Both the position numbers and the translations under genes were made by a program. A stretch of 64,000 nucleotides of DNA from Felis catus (lineage: Eukaryota): the NCBI RefSeq assembly GCF_018350175.1, contig NC_058368.1:132062001-132126000 (forward strand), read 5' to 3'. The stretch's first letter is position 1. The number at the start of each line of letters is the position of its first letter. The notes under the pieces were generated by a model. That model searched no databases. It saw only the letters and a list, made by a program, of their open reading frames with translations, and had not been told where the DNA came from. Below are positions 51,752-64,000 of the stretch, piece after piece.

Positions 51752-53284
51752 GCAGGAGAAGAGAAAATAATTTGGGAGTAACCTGAGCCTGTCAGAAGCT
51801 GATAAGATCCAAAAAACCTTAAATCCCTAATGACACACAGGGCAACTTGTAAATTCATTTACTGACTCTAAATGGTCTCTTTCTTATTGAATACATTTTT
51901 TTTGCTTTACACAAACTTCTTGACTGTTAGCAACTTGTTTTTAAATGACATAAGAGGGCCCTCTTCTAATTGGTAAAAAAACAATCTCTTGCATCATGAA
52001 GGATGAATCATTACAGGACCCAGACATCCCCTCAGTATCTAATTTCCTCCACAAACACTTAGGTAGGAAAGTGGGTCAGAGAAGCCCATCATCCCAGTCA
52101 TATTCTCTCTTGTATGTTTAATTCAACATTGTTTTGTACTTATAAGGAATTGTTACACTAATCATGTTTTTGCCAAATTGGCCATAATATAATCCACCTA
52201 CCACTGACCAACTACAGAAGAAAAATTAAACAAACGTTTTGCTGTTGTTATCCTTTTTTTTCCTAGGGGTTGAGCTTCTGAAGCCAAGAGGTCACTTGGA
52301 TTATGTATACAACTTTGGTAATTGCATTCCTAGATTCTACAAAATGCCACAGTGCTCACTGGAGTCCAAAATAGCTGTTGCAAACAATGATAATTACTGC
52401 CCAGACATTTTCAAACACAGCAGGTTACTGGCTGAGGCTGTGATGGAAACCCTAAAAAATATATAAATATTTTGAAATGCTCTGTAAATCAAATTGATGC
52501 CCCAGACACACAGTGGATTGTCTCGGAGGAGCTGAAGTCATTTGGAGGCTGCGAGGCTTTGTGGAAGGGTGTTGGAAACTTTTGAGCTTGTTAATAGTAA
52601 GCCCAAATGTCATACTTAACTGATTTTTAAGTTTTCTCTCTCTCCAGGAATGGAGATCACAGTACTGTCTGGTCACCCTCACCCTGTAAAGGCCTCTAGC
52701 CCATAAAAAAGATTACAAAGCCTCAAAATTCCTCACTGCTTCCATATGTTTGGTAATCCCAGCATCCAATGGATGCTATTGGATGGTGACTGACGATAAT
52801 TTATGGAAGGGTGTTCTGAAGCCCTTGCCCCATGGTGATCTGAGAGATCTTGAGGAAAGCCAGTTGGGGGTCAGACACCAATAATAATGGCCATCAAAGC
52901 CTCAAGAAATCTTGCTTAAACATTCTAACACTTTCTGCTGCACTGGATTGAGCCTGAGGACGTTCAGTTTGGACAGTCGTGGCGCTTTGTGTTTGGGGTT
53001 TGGTGGGGCTTATTTAACCATGACTGATTTCTGGAGGGAAGATTCCATGTCTTGTCGAGTCTAGGGCTAAGGGAAGAATGATAATGCTAATATAATCTCA
53101 CAGTAGCAGGACATGCCACCAGGAGGGCCAATCTCATCCTGTGATTTGCAAAGGCCTGCTTCAAACACCCCCCAAGAGGCTACCCTCTTCTACCTGCAGG
53201 GAATTGGGAAATTAGAGCTCTACCCAGTGCACAGCCTTCCTCCAAGAGGACGTCTGGGGAGAATTTCCCTTCCTAATAAGTATA

Positions 53285-53662
53285 TATTATGGACTGAATG
53301 TTTGTGTCCCCACGAAATTCATATATTGAAGCCCTAACCCTCAGTGTGTGGTATTTGGTAGTGGGATCCTTGAGCAGTGACTAAGGTTTAGATGAGATCA
53401 TGAGGGTAGGGTTCCCATGGTGGGACTGGTGACCTTATAAGAAGATGAAGAGACCCCAGAGCTTGCTTGTTCCCTCTATGCCCTGTGAACACACAATGAG
53501 GAGGCAGCCCTCTATAAGCCAAGAAGAGGGCCCTCACCAGGAAGTGAATCTGCTGGCAACTTGATCTTGGACTTCCCAGTCTCCAGAACTGTGAGAAGTA
53601 CATATGTGTTATTTAAGCTACTCAGTCTATGGTATTTTGTTATGGCAGCCCAAGCTGACAGG
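53285..53662 (+). mobile_element. MLT1A-like MaLR solo LTR
   Basis: tatggactgaatgtttgtgtcccc...ttgatcttggacttcccagtctccagaactgtgag...gcagcccaagctgac. Confidence 0.9.
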
Positions 53663-54091
53663 GCACACCTGCGGTTTAGGTAAATCCCTGAATTAAAGTA
53701 AGTTGTTTCCTTTAAATGTTGAAAACTATTAAAAACAAAGATCCACTTAAATTTCAGTTCTTTAAAAAAGTGTTTGCCAGGTCCTGGGATATAGAAACAA
53801 AACAAAACACAGAAAGACACGGACTCTGTCCTCAAGGAACTTGTAGTCTAGGAGAGGTAGATGTTAATAAAATGAGCTGAGTAATACATTTGCACTGTAA
53901 TTGGGTATAGTATTAATTTATAACCTTTTGCTGTCTTTTTATTTTTTATGTGGCATGTACTATGCATTATTTTTTGTCCCCAGTGAATAATTTGTGAAGA
54001 GAGAATATTACTATTTTTCAACGATCAGGAAGCTAGAGGGATCACAGCGCAAAAGACATCTTCCTCCAATGTTCTCTTTAAGATGCTTCTT

Positions 54092-54310
54092 TTTTTTCAA
54101 CGTTTTTTTTTTTTTATTTATTTTTGGGACAGAGAGAGACAGAGCATGAACGGGGGAGGGGCAGAGAGAGAGGGAGACACAGAATCGGAAACAGGCTCCA
54201 GGCTCCCAGCCATCAGCCCAGAGCCTGACGCGGGGCTCGAACTCCCGGACCGCGAGATCGTGACCTGGCTGAAGTCGGACGCTTAACCGACTGCGCCACC
54301 CAGGCGCCCC
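54092..54310 (-). mobile_element. Young felid Can-SINE
   Basis: CpGs retained throughout; perfect TSD agatgcttctt. Confidence 0.97.
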
Positions 54311-54442
54311 AGATGCTTCTTGCCCCTCTGTGGACATGTCCCATGCTAGGAACTGACTGTTGATAGAGTGCCTGCTTCTTGTCAGGCAGCTCTTAAAGAT
54401 CCTGGGCAGGACTCATTCAGCTGCTTGCAACGTGAACCCAGT

Positions 54443-54798
54443 TGCTCTGGTCTGAATGTCTGTGTGCCCCCTAAATTCATATGGTGAAAGTCTAACACCC
54501 CGAGGATGACTTTCTTAGTTGGTGACGCCTTTAGGAGGTGCTTAGGTCATGAGGGTGCAACCCTCATGAATGGGATGAGTGTTGTTATAAAAGGGACCCC
54601 ATAAAATGCCCTTGCCCCTTCTACCACATGAAGGTACCCCAGCTATGAATCAGAAGAAAGCCTCATCAGAACGTGAATATGCTGACATCTTGATCTTGAA
54701 CTTCTAGCCTCCAAAACTGTGAGAAATAAATTTCTGTTGTTTATAAACCACGCAGTCTGTGGCATGTTATTATCAAAGACTGAACATAGTAAGATACA
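54443..54798 (+). mobile_element. MLT1A-like MaLR solo LTR
   Basis: tggtctgaatgtctgtgtgccccctaaattcat...aactgtgagaaataaatttctgttg...taagataca. Confidence 0.88.
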
Positions 54799-55202
54799 AA
54801 TGGAAAGGAAAATTCCTGGGTCACATACCAAACAATGGGAAAAGCCAAGGCACGGATTCCATGACTGGCCCACTGTGAGGCAAGGCTCAGTAGCTGTTAA
54901 CAGAAGAGGAAGAAAAAACATACCAGCTACATAATATTGGGACAATATTGCTTGTTTTGGATGAAAAAGGTACCCCTGCAGTTTCCTTCTCTGGAATAGC
55001 CCATGACAAGTCTATTTTCTCTCCAACCTGAAAATCTTTAAAATTTTTAAAGATAGGTATAAAGACTAAGAATTCATCTCCATGCCAAATATTCTCTGGT
55101 CAAAGACCTCATTCTTTAATAGTAAATCCTCTCGTGTGGTGATTTATGTGTTCATTCTCTGGTTTGTCTGTGCCCATTCCTCTCTCATCCTAGCATAGTC
55201 TT

Positions 55203-55702
55203 CAGTACAAGTCCCCCCCCCCCCCCCCACTCCCACCCCCACTATCTGGCAGTAGGGTGCTCTTATGAAACCTTTCATAGACCAAAATGATGTAAAGTGA
55301 TGGAGTAATTCCCATTAATTTACAGGGAATATTTTTTGAGCATTCCCAGACCCAAAGAGCAATCCCTCTTAGGTTTTTCTGATACCTTAGGACACATTTT
55401 GCTAATGAATGCACAAAATAGAGATAAAGCACAGATACTCACAGACTCAGATTCAAAGCTGTGCGGCTTGAGGCTGAGACGCCGAGGGTAGTTCCCCGGA
55501 AGAATTGTGGCAGTACCACTCTCGTTGCTTGGGTGTCTCCATAAAGGCTTGCTGCAAAACAAATGCAAAATATTGGGCATCTGGGTGGCTCAGTTGGTTA
55601 AGCCTCTGACTTTGGCTCAGGTCATGATCTCATGGTCCGTGGGTTTGAGCCCCAGGTGGGGCTGTGTGCTGACAACTCAACCTGGAGCCTGCTTCAGATT
55701 CC

Positions 55703-55753
<51 letters not shown>

Positions 55754-56204
55754 CCCCTTCTCCCACTTGCGCTTTGTTACTCTTTGTCTCTCAAAAATAA
55801 ATAAATGTTAAAAAATGCTGAATGTGATTTTTGCTTTTCACCTTAAAAAAATTTTTTTTTAATGTTTATTTATTTTTGAGAGAGAGATAGAGACAGAGAC
55901 AGAGTGTGAGTGAGGGAAGGGCAGAGACCTAGGGAAACATAGAATCCAAAGCAGGCTCCAGGCTATGAGCTGTCAGCACAGACCCCGATGCAGGGCTCAA
56001 ACTCCCAAACTATGAGATCATGATCTGAGCCAAAGTTGGCCACTTGACCAACTGAGCCACCCAGGCGCCCCTCACCTTTTTTTTGGTAAAAGCAAAAAAT
56101 TCCTCTTTGGATTTCTTTCAATTAGTGAAAACAGGTACTAATGCAGGTCTTTCATAAAATTGAAGTGGTGTAAGGCAAACTTTTGAAAAGTGGGGGGATA
56201 CCTG
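55203..56204 (-). mobile_element. MER82-like Tc-mariner/Tigger MITE containing two Can-SINEs (55575-55815 +, 55845-56071 -)
   Basis: tttctgataccttaggacacat, gtagttccccgga, ggtactaatgcaggtctttc match recalled MER82; SINE TSD tcacctt. Confidence 0.8.
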
Positions 56205-56489
56205 CAGAGCATAATGACAAGGTTGAGAAGTACTGCATCACTGGAAGTGACATGTCTAAGTCTCCTCTTCCACCAGTATTTGTCTAATATTTATATGTAT
56301 TTGGGCAAGATCTTTACTTATAAATATTTTTAAGTATATATCCATTGCCTGTAATTACTATACTTTTCCATAAATATTGCCTTTCTTGTACCATCTAAAT
56401 ACTACTAGATGTCAGAATATAGAGACAAATTCTGAAAACAGACTACCTAAAAGAGATGAACATCTAAATACCAGATCATCTAACTGCCT

Positions 56490-56518
56490 TATTTATTTTT
56501 TATTTATTTTTTTTAATT

Positions 56519-56572
<54 letters not shown>

Positions 56573-56723
56573 TGCATGCATGGCTGGGGTGGGAGGTACA
56601 GAGAATCTTAAGCAGGCTCCGTACTGATAGCAGAGACCCAACAAGGGGCTCAAACTCACAAACCATGAGATCATGACCTGAGCCTAAGTCGGGCTTAACC
56701 GACTAAGCCACCCAGTCGGCCCC
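56490..56723 (-). mobile_element. Can-SINE with long (GA)n
   Basis: SINE body; TSD-like catctaa(c/t)tg. Confidence 0.92.
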
Positions 56724-58544
56724 ATCTAATTGTCTTGAAGGTTAGTTAGTAAGACCTATCTCACTGTTTTCCTCTCCCTTACTGAACTACAGTTAGTGCC
56801 ATACACATGACTTAATTCATGTAATTCAAGAACCATTTATTGGGTGGCTGTTAAGTGCAAGGTGTTGTGTCAGATACATTTCAATATTTTCTTTAAGTGA
56901 TGGTTTGAGGAGCTACCGGTTTACTGGCTGTGCACTGTTCTCACAGATTGTGGAATAACGTCTAAATGACTTCATTTGACCAAAGTTTCTCAAGTTCCTT
57001 AAGGTTATTAGAATGCAAATAATAGAAATAAACTAAAAAAAAAAGTGAACTCAACCTAGTGTAAGTGTAAAAAAGGAAGATGTGGTATAAGCATTCAGAA
57101 GCGTCCCACGGAATGGCAGGGAAGGAAGTGCCTTTCACAACGGACTAGAATCAAGTCCTGAGACACTGTCAGAGACTAAGGCAGCCACTCCCTCCTTGGG
57201 GTTTGATGGGCTCACATCTCTGGCTGTCTCTGTGTGTCTGCTTTTTCTCCTCTCTATTTAGGTCAGCTTTCTCTGTGCCTCAATGCACGTGGCATAAGAT
57301 GTCCACTCCACAGAGCACAAGTTTATATGTCCCACTGGTCCAGCCACGCCCAGAGACTGGCTACATCCTTGAGTCTTGGCTCCACATTCCGGGGAGTTCC
57401 ATCAGTCCATCCACACCAAGGTGCCACTTTATTGGCTACAGCCAAGGAAGCAGGGCCATATGACCCAGATATGGCTGTGAGGTTCTCACCTGAAGGATGA
57501 AGAGGGGCTAAGCAGATATGCTGAAAGGCATCAATTCTAGTCCTTCACAATCTAACTTCAACTCATGATTTCTGTGTGTCTTTTGCTTTCATACATTCAC
57601 TGTGATCATCTCAAGATTTTTGTCTCATTAAATGTTGGATTTCAGTTTTTAGTCCTGGCTCCTCAGTCCTCTCCCTTAATATAGAGAGAATAGTGCCGAG
57701 TCTCAGGATTTGTCAGATGATCTTCTGTAGGATTGATTCTCGGGGCAAGCTTAGAAGATAGTCTAGGCATTTCCAGAGTCTTCAGTACCTTTGCTTGAAC
57801 TGGAGCCAACACTGGATTCTAGCAAACATGCTCCAGGAACAGGGCATACATTGGAGTATCATTACAGTTACTAGTTGACGATCAACCAACAGGAATGATG
57901 ATCCAACCACAGGAATATCCAAAGAGCAGCACATTTATACTCCAAGGACCGAGGGGCAGTGGCAGGCCAAGCCCACATGTGACTGAGATGGCGGGACAGG
58001 ACCACCTTGAGATCTACCACACGCCAATGCCTTGGGACACCAACAACCTCAAGACCTTGCATTTACACTGAGGATGTCATTTGAGCCTCACATCAACATG
58101 TGTACTAGGTAAGTATGAGCTCCAGTTTATCTAAAGGAAACTGTAGCCAAAGAGGTGATAGAGGCAGAGGTAGAAAACACCTCTTCTGACCCCTCATCTA
58201 GTGCTTTTTCTGCCAGTGTCACCTATGCCCTCTGGCTGACCCGTACTTGGAAGATTCTTTTAAAGACATGGTCGTCTGTACTTCCAAGAGGACAGCAGCT
58301 AGGTTTCTGAGGGATAGGGCATGGAGTACAATGCTGTTTTAGTATTACAAGGAACAGATGTAAACAAGTGTTATCAGGCCATGGCAACACCATCCAAAAT
58401 CCATCTCCCCGGAGGTCTGGACCCATCAACAACAATCCTGTCATTTCCAACAGCTGGTCCACCACACTAAATATGCCAAATCTCTACCGAATGGCAATTC
58501 CTGGCTTTGTGTTTTGTCTTCTTTGGTGAATTGGCTTTTAAATT

Positions 58545-58765
58545 TGGTTTTTAATTTTTTTAATGCTTTATTTTTATTTTTGAGAGTGTGTGCACATGCA
58601 TGCAGGTGAGTGGGGGAGGTGCAGAGAAAGAGGGGGACAGAGGATCTGAAGTGGGCTCTGGGCTGACAGCAGAGATCCTGATGTGGGGCTTGAACTCACA
58701 AACCTTGAGATCATGACCTGAGCTGAAGTGGGACATTCAACTGACTAAGCCACCCAGACATCCCT
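58545..58765 (-). mobile_element. Can-SINE
   Basis: agatcatgacctgagctgaag, gccaccc. Confidence 0.9.
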
Positions 58766-60599
58766 AAATTTTTTTTTTTTAAATAAGTATCTTGCTTCTT
58801 TAGTTAAACTAGTTGGCTCCCATTTCATTTTTTTTTTCAGGATTATTCAGTGTATTGATTTTTTTCCCTTCATTGATAATCAACCTGGTAACTATGCCTA
58901 TGGGGAAGATGGTTGGTTTTCTTGTTTTAAGTTGGATGGAGGCATTTCAAACTGTCCCAGACCATCTGAAGTTAGGCAGCAATGCCTGTGGGCACTTACA
59001 GGGTTTTTTGAACCATATGCTCATTTTCAAAGATGGGGCTGAGCTGAGCCAACTGTGTTATCCAGTGTCTCAGATGGCGATCTGATCACGGGGGGTGGGG
59101 CAAGTCTTTCTTGTTTGTCACCTGTGGAGGGCCACACATCAGGGACAGCAGAGGTGTCTGGTGTCTGTATGCTTCCCTCCAGCACAGGACGCTGATCTGG
59201 GCCGCACCTATTCCTGCTCTGCTCTCCCCCTGCCCCTTTTGGGGAAGGTCTCCATTTCACATTACCAAGTGTTTGCCAGCTTGGAATCAAAGCCAAAGCC
59301 ATGTTGGGCCTTTTTTGGATGTTTGGCAGGTGACACTTGTATCAGAAGAGTCCTGTGAAGGAGGCCAGAGGTCTGAAAAATGCCTTCCTTGGCTGGAAGG
59401 CAGGAAACCTAACTCTGGGACTATTTGTACCATATGACCACGGAAACGCTGACTCATGTCTTCATAACTCAATTTCTCCTCCTCAAAAATGGGGATGATT
59501 CTGTCCCTCACACTTCCTGTGGCCACTGGGCAGGGTTGGGAGCTGTGTTCAAAAGTACCTGGGCCTGTGGTATAAAAAAACTCCCTGCTCATAAATAGGC
59601 ATGATTATTCATCATTTTGTTACTACTTTTCAACTTCTGGCAGAATCTCATTTCTCTCCTCTTGGACTGAGTGCTTGAGCTATTTGGAGAGCCAGTCCCT
59701 CCCTACTAACAGACTGCCGGCTCATCAAATAATATTTATTGACCAGCCTCATGCACAGGGCATACCACTGGCAGTTTAGACTGCAAACCCTCCGAGCACA
59801 CACTGTTTCTAACTCTGTGTTCAGTACAGCAACCAGAAATTAGCAATCAGGAATAAGTTGAGATCATCATCTTGGGCTATTTTCTGTCTGGCAAGTTTAT
59901 GTATCCAGGCTTCTGCCACAGGCCTTGTTAGCAAAAAACCCTCTCTCCTTCCCTCTGTCTGCTCTGCAGCCCAAGGGACAGCAGCCTGAACTTTGTGGGC
60001 AGCGGCAGCTCTCATAACTGTACCTATTTTGGGCAGACACTGAGGGAAGAGGCGAGAATTCCTGTAGAGTTACATCGGGAAAGAAAGGATCTGCCCCAGA
60101 TTTAACAACTTACACATCTCAAGTAGAAGAAAAAATTTTTTAATTTTGAAATAGAAAAGAAAACCAAGAACAATGGAGAGCGTATTTATTTGAGCTAAGG
60201 AAGAAAGGTGAGGGATTGGGCTATGGTGAGTAACGTCCCTACCCCGCCAGGTTTGGATACCCCTGTCTGTTTGAAGCAATGGCTTTTCCTTTTGATGCTC
60301 TGGCAAGAGCTCCAGGATTGTCCCATGAGCTCATAAGGATGGGCTCTTTTCATTTCTCTAGATAAATTTGGAGGAGGACAGATTGCACAACACAATCTCA
60401 GAATAGTCATCCTCAGCTAGAACCTGGCTCACAAGATTGTGAAGCCAAGCATGTGGTGGAAAAGAACATTCTAAGAGCATTTTCAGGAAGTGTTTCCCCT
60501 AATGGAGGAAGTGAGGGAGAGGGTTATGGAGACAAGAAAATGTAGTGCAAGAGGATCACTCTATTGCTACACACAATATGTGCTAACACGTCAACATTT

Positions 60600-60930
60600 C
60601 TTTGTACTTACTGTGGATGTGTCCTTCCAGGGAACTCAAATGAATATCCAAGATGGAAATCATCCAAGCAGTACCCATGTTGGACAAGACAATCTCATGG
60701 CAGAAGGAAATGAGAAAAAACCAACCACCACTGACCAGGATATAAAGTATATCACATTTGTTCACATTCCATTTGCTAAACACAGTGAGTCATATGGCCA
60801 AGCCCAAAGTCAGTGGGGCAGGGAAGCAGACTCTATTCCATAGCAGGGACCATTTCAAGTCACATGGCAAAGGGCAAGGATGGGGGAAGCAGGGGAGCAG
60901 CTGGGAACCACAATACATTCCATCACAGCC
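60600..60930 (-). mobile_element. MLT1-family LTR fragment
   Basis: ttcacattccatttgctaaa...catatggccaagcccaaagtcagtggggcagggaag. Confidence 0.6.
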
Positions 60931-61044
60931 CTGTATCATGATCCACTTATCTAGCTAGTGTATCCCTATCTTGAGGGCTTAGGATCTTTTCCCAAAATCT
61001 GCACAGTGCCTTAGAAGATGGCAAGACCTTCTGTAATTTCTTCC

Positions 61045-61709
61045 TTCTTTTTTTAATATATGTTTATTTTTGAAAGAGAGACAGAGAGACAGAGTATGGG
61101 CAGAGGAGGGGCAGAAAGAGAGGGAGACACAGATTCTGAAGCAGGCTCCAGGCTCTTAGCCATCAGCACAGAGCCTGACGTGGAGCTCGAACTCACAAGC
61201 CATGAGATCATGAACTGAGCCAAAGTTGGACACTTAACTAACTGAGCCACCCAGACGCCCCTGGAATTTCTTTCTTTTTGAAATTGCGGTCCAAGATACA
61301 TAAAATTTACAGCTTAGCCATTTTTATGTACACAGTTCAGTAGCATAAGCACATCCAATGTCTTACAAGCATCACCATCATTCATCTCCAGAACATTTCG
61401 TTCTCTCCAATAGAAACTCTGTGCCCATTAAAACTAATTTTTTACTACTCTTCTCTCTAGCTCCTAGCAACCATCCTCCTACTTTCTGTCTCTACGAATT
61501 TGACTACTCTAAGTACCTCATGTAAGTGGAATCACACAGTATTTGCTTTCTTGTGACTGGCTTAATTTCACTTAGCATAATGTCCTCAAGTTTCATCCAT
61601 GTGGTAGCATATATCAGAATTCCCTTCCTTTTTGCTTTCTAAGTTTATTTATTTTGAGAGAGAGAGAGAGCATGTGTGCACATGAGCAGGGGAGGGGCAG
61701 AGAGAGAGG

Positions 61710-61761
<52 letters not shown>

Positions 61762-62330
61762 ATCCCAAACGCTGACAGTGTGGGGCTCAATCTCATGAAC
61801 TGTGAAATCATGACCCAAGCTGAAATCAAGAGTTGGACACTTAACCGACTGAGCCCCCCAGGCATCCCCAGAATTCCCTTCCTTTTTAAGGCTGAATAAT
61901 ATTCTACTGTATGATAACCACATTTTTTAAATGTTTATTTATCTTTGAGAGAGTGCGCAAGCATGGGAGGAGCAGAGACAGAAGGGGGCAGAGGATCTGA
62001 AGCAGGCTCTATGCTGACAGCAGATAGCCTGACTCTACAAACCATAAGATCATGACCTGAGCTGAAGTCGGACCCTTAACCAACTAGCCACCCAGGCGCT
62101 CCCACATTCTGTTTATTTATCTGTCCACAGCACTTAGGTTGCTCCCACATTTTGACTACTGTGAATAATGCTTCTATGAACAAAAGTAAAAGAAATATCT
62201 CTTGGAGTTTTTCTTTCCAATTATTTTGAACATACACCCAAACATAGAATTCCTGGAACATATGGTTAACCCTACATTTACTTGCTGAGGAGCATGCATA
62301 CTGTTTTTCAGAGACTGTGGCCTTCCTATC
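61045..62330 (-). mobile_element. L1MB-type 3' end with three Can-SINEs (61045-61261, 61632-61869, 61923-62103; all - strand)
   Basis: tactttctgtctctacgaatttgactactctaagtacctcatgtaagtggaatc; SINE TSDs such as cagaattcccttccttttt. Confidence 0.9.
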
Positions 62331-63553
62331 CCTGCAGTTGTGGTAGGCAGGGACTTCTGCTCTTGAGTTTCCCTGTTTTTGCCTGAGCCACCTTATTTAG
62401 CCCCTGACTCTGCTTCTTTTCCATGATGGAGAGTACTAATGCGAATTTCAGGATTTTGTTGGATTTTGTTGACTCACCTTCTTTTTTACCTACCATTTAT
62501 GATGGGTGGGGGAGACATTAGAAGCTGTATCTAACTGTGGGCTGCACCAGACTTTTCCTCAGGGACCATTTTTCAATACTGGCAGCAGAAAATTATTCTG
62601 CCTCTCTAATTTGTTTGCTGCTGGCTTATTATTATTGTCATTATTTGTTTGTTTCATTTTGTTAGGTGGGAGGAAGAGAGCTTCCACCTTATTGCTTCAC
62701 TCTGTCATCTTATCCTGGAAATCTGTTTCTTCAGTTTTTGCTTAAAATTGTAATTTATCTTCTATACAATTTCAGAGGTGGTACGTGTCATGAAAGAGAC
62801 TGCAACTTCAGGCTAAAACATTGTTTTAAAATTATTTGTGGGTTATCATATTTTTCATGGCTTGTCAACAGAGTAAAAAGTTCATTTTAATTACACTAAC
62901 CCCTCTCAGCAGGAGCTGTTACAATTTCCTTTATATGGCAACGCAGGTTCTGTGGGTTTGAATACCTTTGCTTTCATGAATAATTCAAGAAGGCAGTTAA
63001 TAAAGATGAGTAATTGTCCATATGCAATTGGGGGTAAAATGATGGGAGATTATTCACGCTTTTCCCAACAGAGCTATGATATCATTTGGCCAGGCTTCTT
63101 CAGGCTCCCTTGCAATGCAAGAGGACTTTGATGGTTATTTACACAAATTTTTGCTCTAAACTTGGATGAGACTAAATAAAGCATTTCTTAGACTGTAGAT
63201 ATATGCTCATCAGGCCTCATCAAGGAAAGCTTTAAGTGATTAGCTCCCAAATATTGGGCTTCAAACTCATGGTAGCCCCAGGTGAGGCTTTCAGAGACCT
63301 GATATAGTCCCTTAGACCTACAAATAGCTGATCCCTGCCTCTCGTGGCAGAGGCAGCTTCCAGTAGAGAGGCAAAAATACTGCAGGCCGTTTCTGTCTTA
63401 CAGGTACTAGGTATGGAGTGTGGCTCAGTTCTGGCCACTGCGTCCTAACGGCAAATTTGCTGGGGGTCTGTGAACACTCTTCCTCCCTGAAACTGACACA
63501 CCAGCAGAAGTAGCCTCTCATCTTCGCTAGCTGCTGGCTCTTCTATGTGTGCC

Positions 63554-63594
63554 TTACTTGTCACTGTCCGACAGATGCAGGGAGCCATGGACAC
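63554..63594 (-). CDS. Candidate terminal coding exon (x)VHGSLHLSDSDK* of an unidentified gene extending beyond the window
   Basis: Strong acceptor ccttccccctctccctgtctctAG; phase-1 frame ends in TAA; followed by repeat-free UTR-like sequence with ATTAAA at 62886-62891 (-). Confidence 0.4.
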
Positions 63595-64000
63595 CTAGAG
63601 ACAGGGAGAGGGGGAAGGTGGGAGTGGAGCCCTTGGGTCCTTCAGGACCTTGTAGAACAGTAGGCTTCACTCTGGAACTATCCTGCCTTTAGTGCTTAAA
63701 TCACTTGTTTAGTTGTGTGTATTTGCAGCAGAAAGTCTTATTTGAAAATATGTTAAATGCAAAAATAAGGACAATGTAGTGACTTCTACTAAAGTGAAAT
63801 GTACTTAGTTTTTTGGAGTTAAAATGTACTTTCTTTTACAAAGGTGCCTTTTATGGTAATAGTAACTGATAGATTTTTTTATTTTATTTTTTTTAATATC
63901 CTTACTTGGCAAAGTAAAAAGTTAGCAATTCTACATCAGAATCCAAAGTAGTTTTGAAATTTTACTGGTCCATGAAATCTGAAAGTCTGGGAACCACCGT

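Noticed and set aside
1..64000. Conserved miRNA, snoRNA or XIST-type repeat sequences; CRISPR or other prokaryotic systems
   Set aside because: No match seen by eye to the mature miRNAs I recalled (not exhaustive; cmscan would be decisive); the DNA is mammalian and has no repeat-spacer array

Overview
Mammalian, almost certainly felid, genomic DNA: about 36 tRNA-derived Can-SINEs, many carrying the 'cagctcagagcctggagcctg' insert typical of cat SINEs. The window is mostly intergenic and repeat-rich, with SINEs, young and old L1, L2, MIR, CR1/L3, MaLR and ERVL LTRs, and hAT and Tc-mariner MITEs. Most ORFs in the track are repeat-derived or random. I could not identify any named protein-coding gene. 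The non-repeat signals are: (1) an orphan CpG island at ~38.7-39.25 kb with GC boxes, a G4 motif and an upstream CTCF-like site; (2) a TATA-box first-exon-like element ending ATG|GTGAGT at ~10.3-10.4 kb, plus three small plus-strand candidate exons at 18.7-20.1 kb that splice into one open frame (possible unannotated or decayed gene); (3) scattered minus-strand candidate non-coding exons; (4) a probable terminal exon and 3' UTR of an unidentified minus-strand gene at ~62.9-63.6 kb. Repeat subfamily names come from recalled consensus sequences, and repeat boundaries are approximate; all should be confirmed with RepeatMasker/Dfam.
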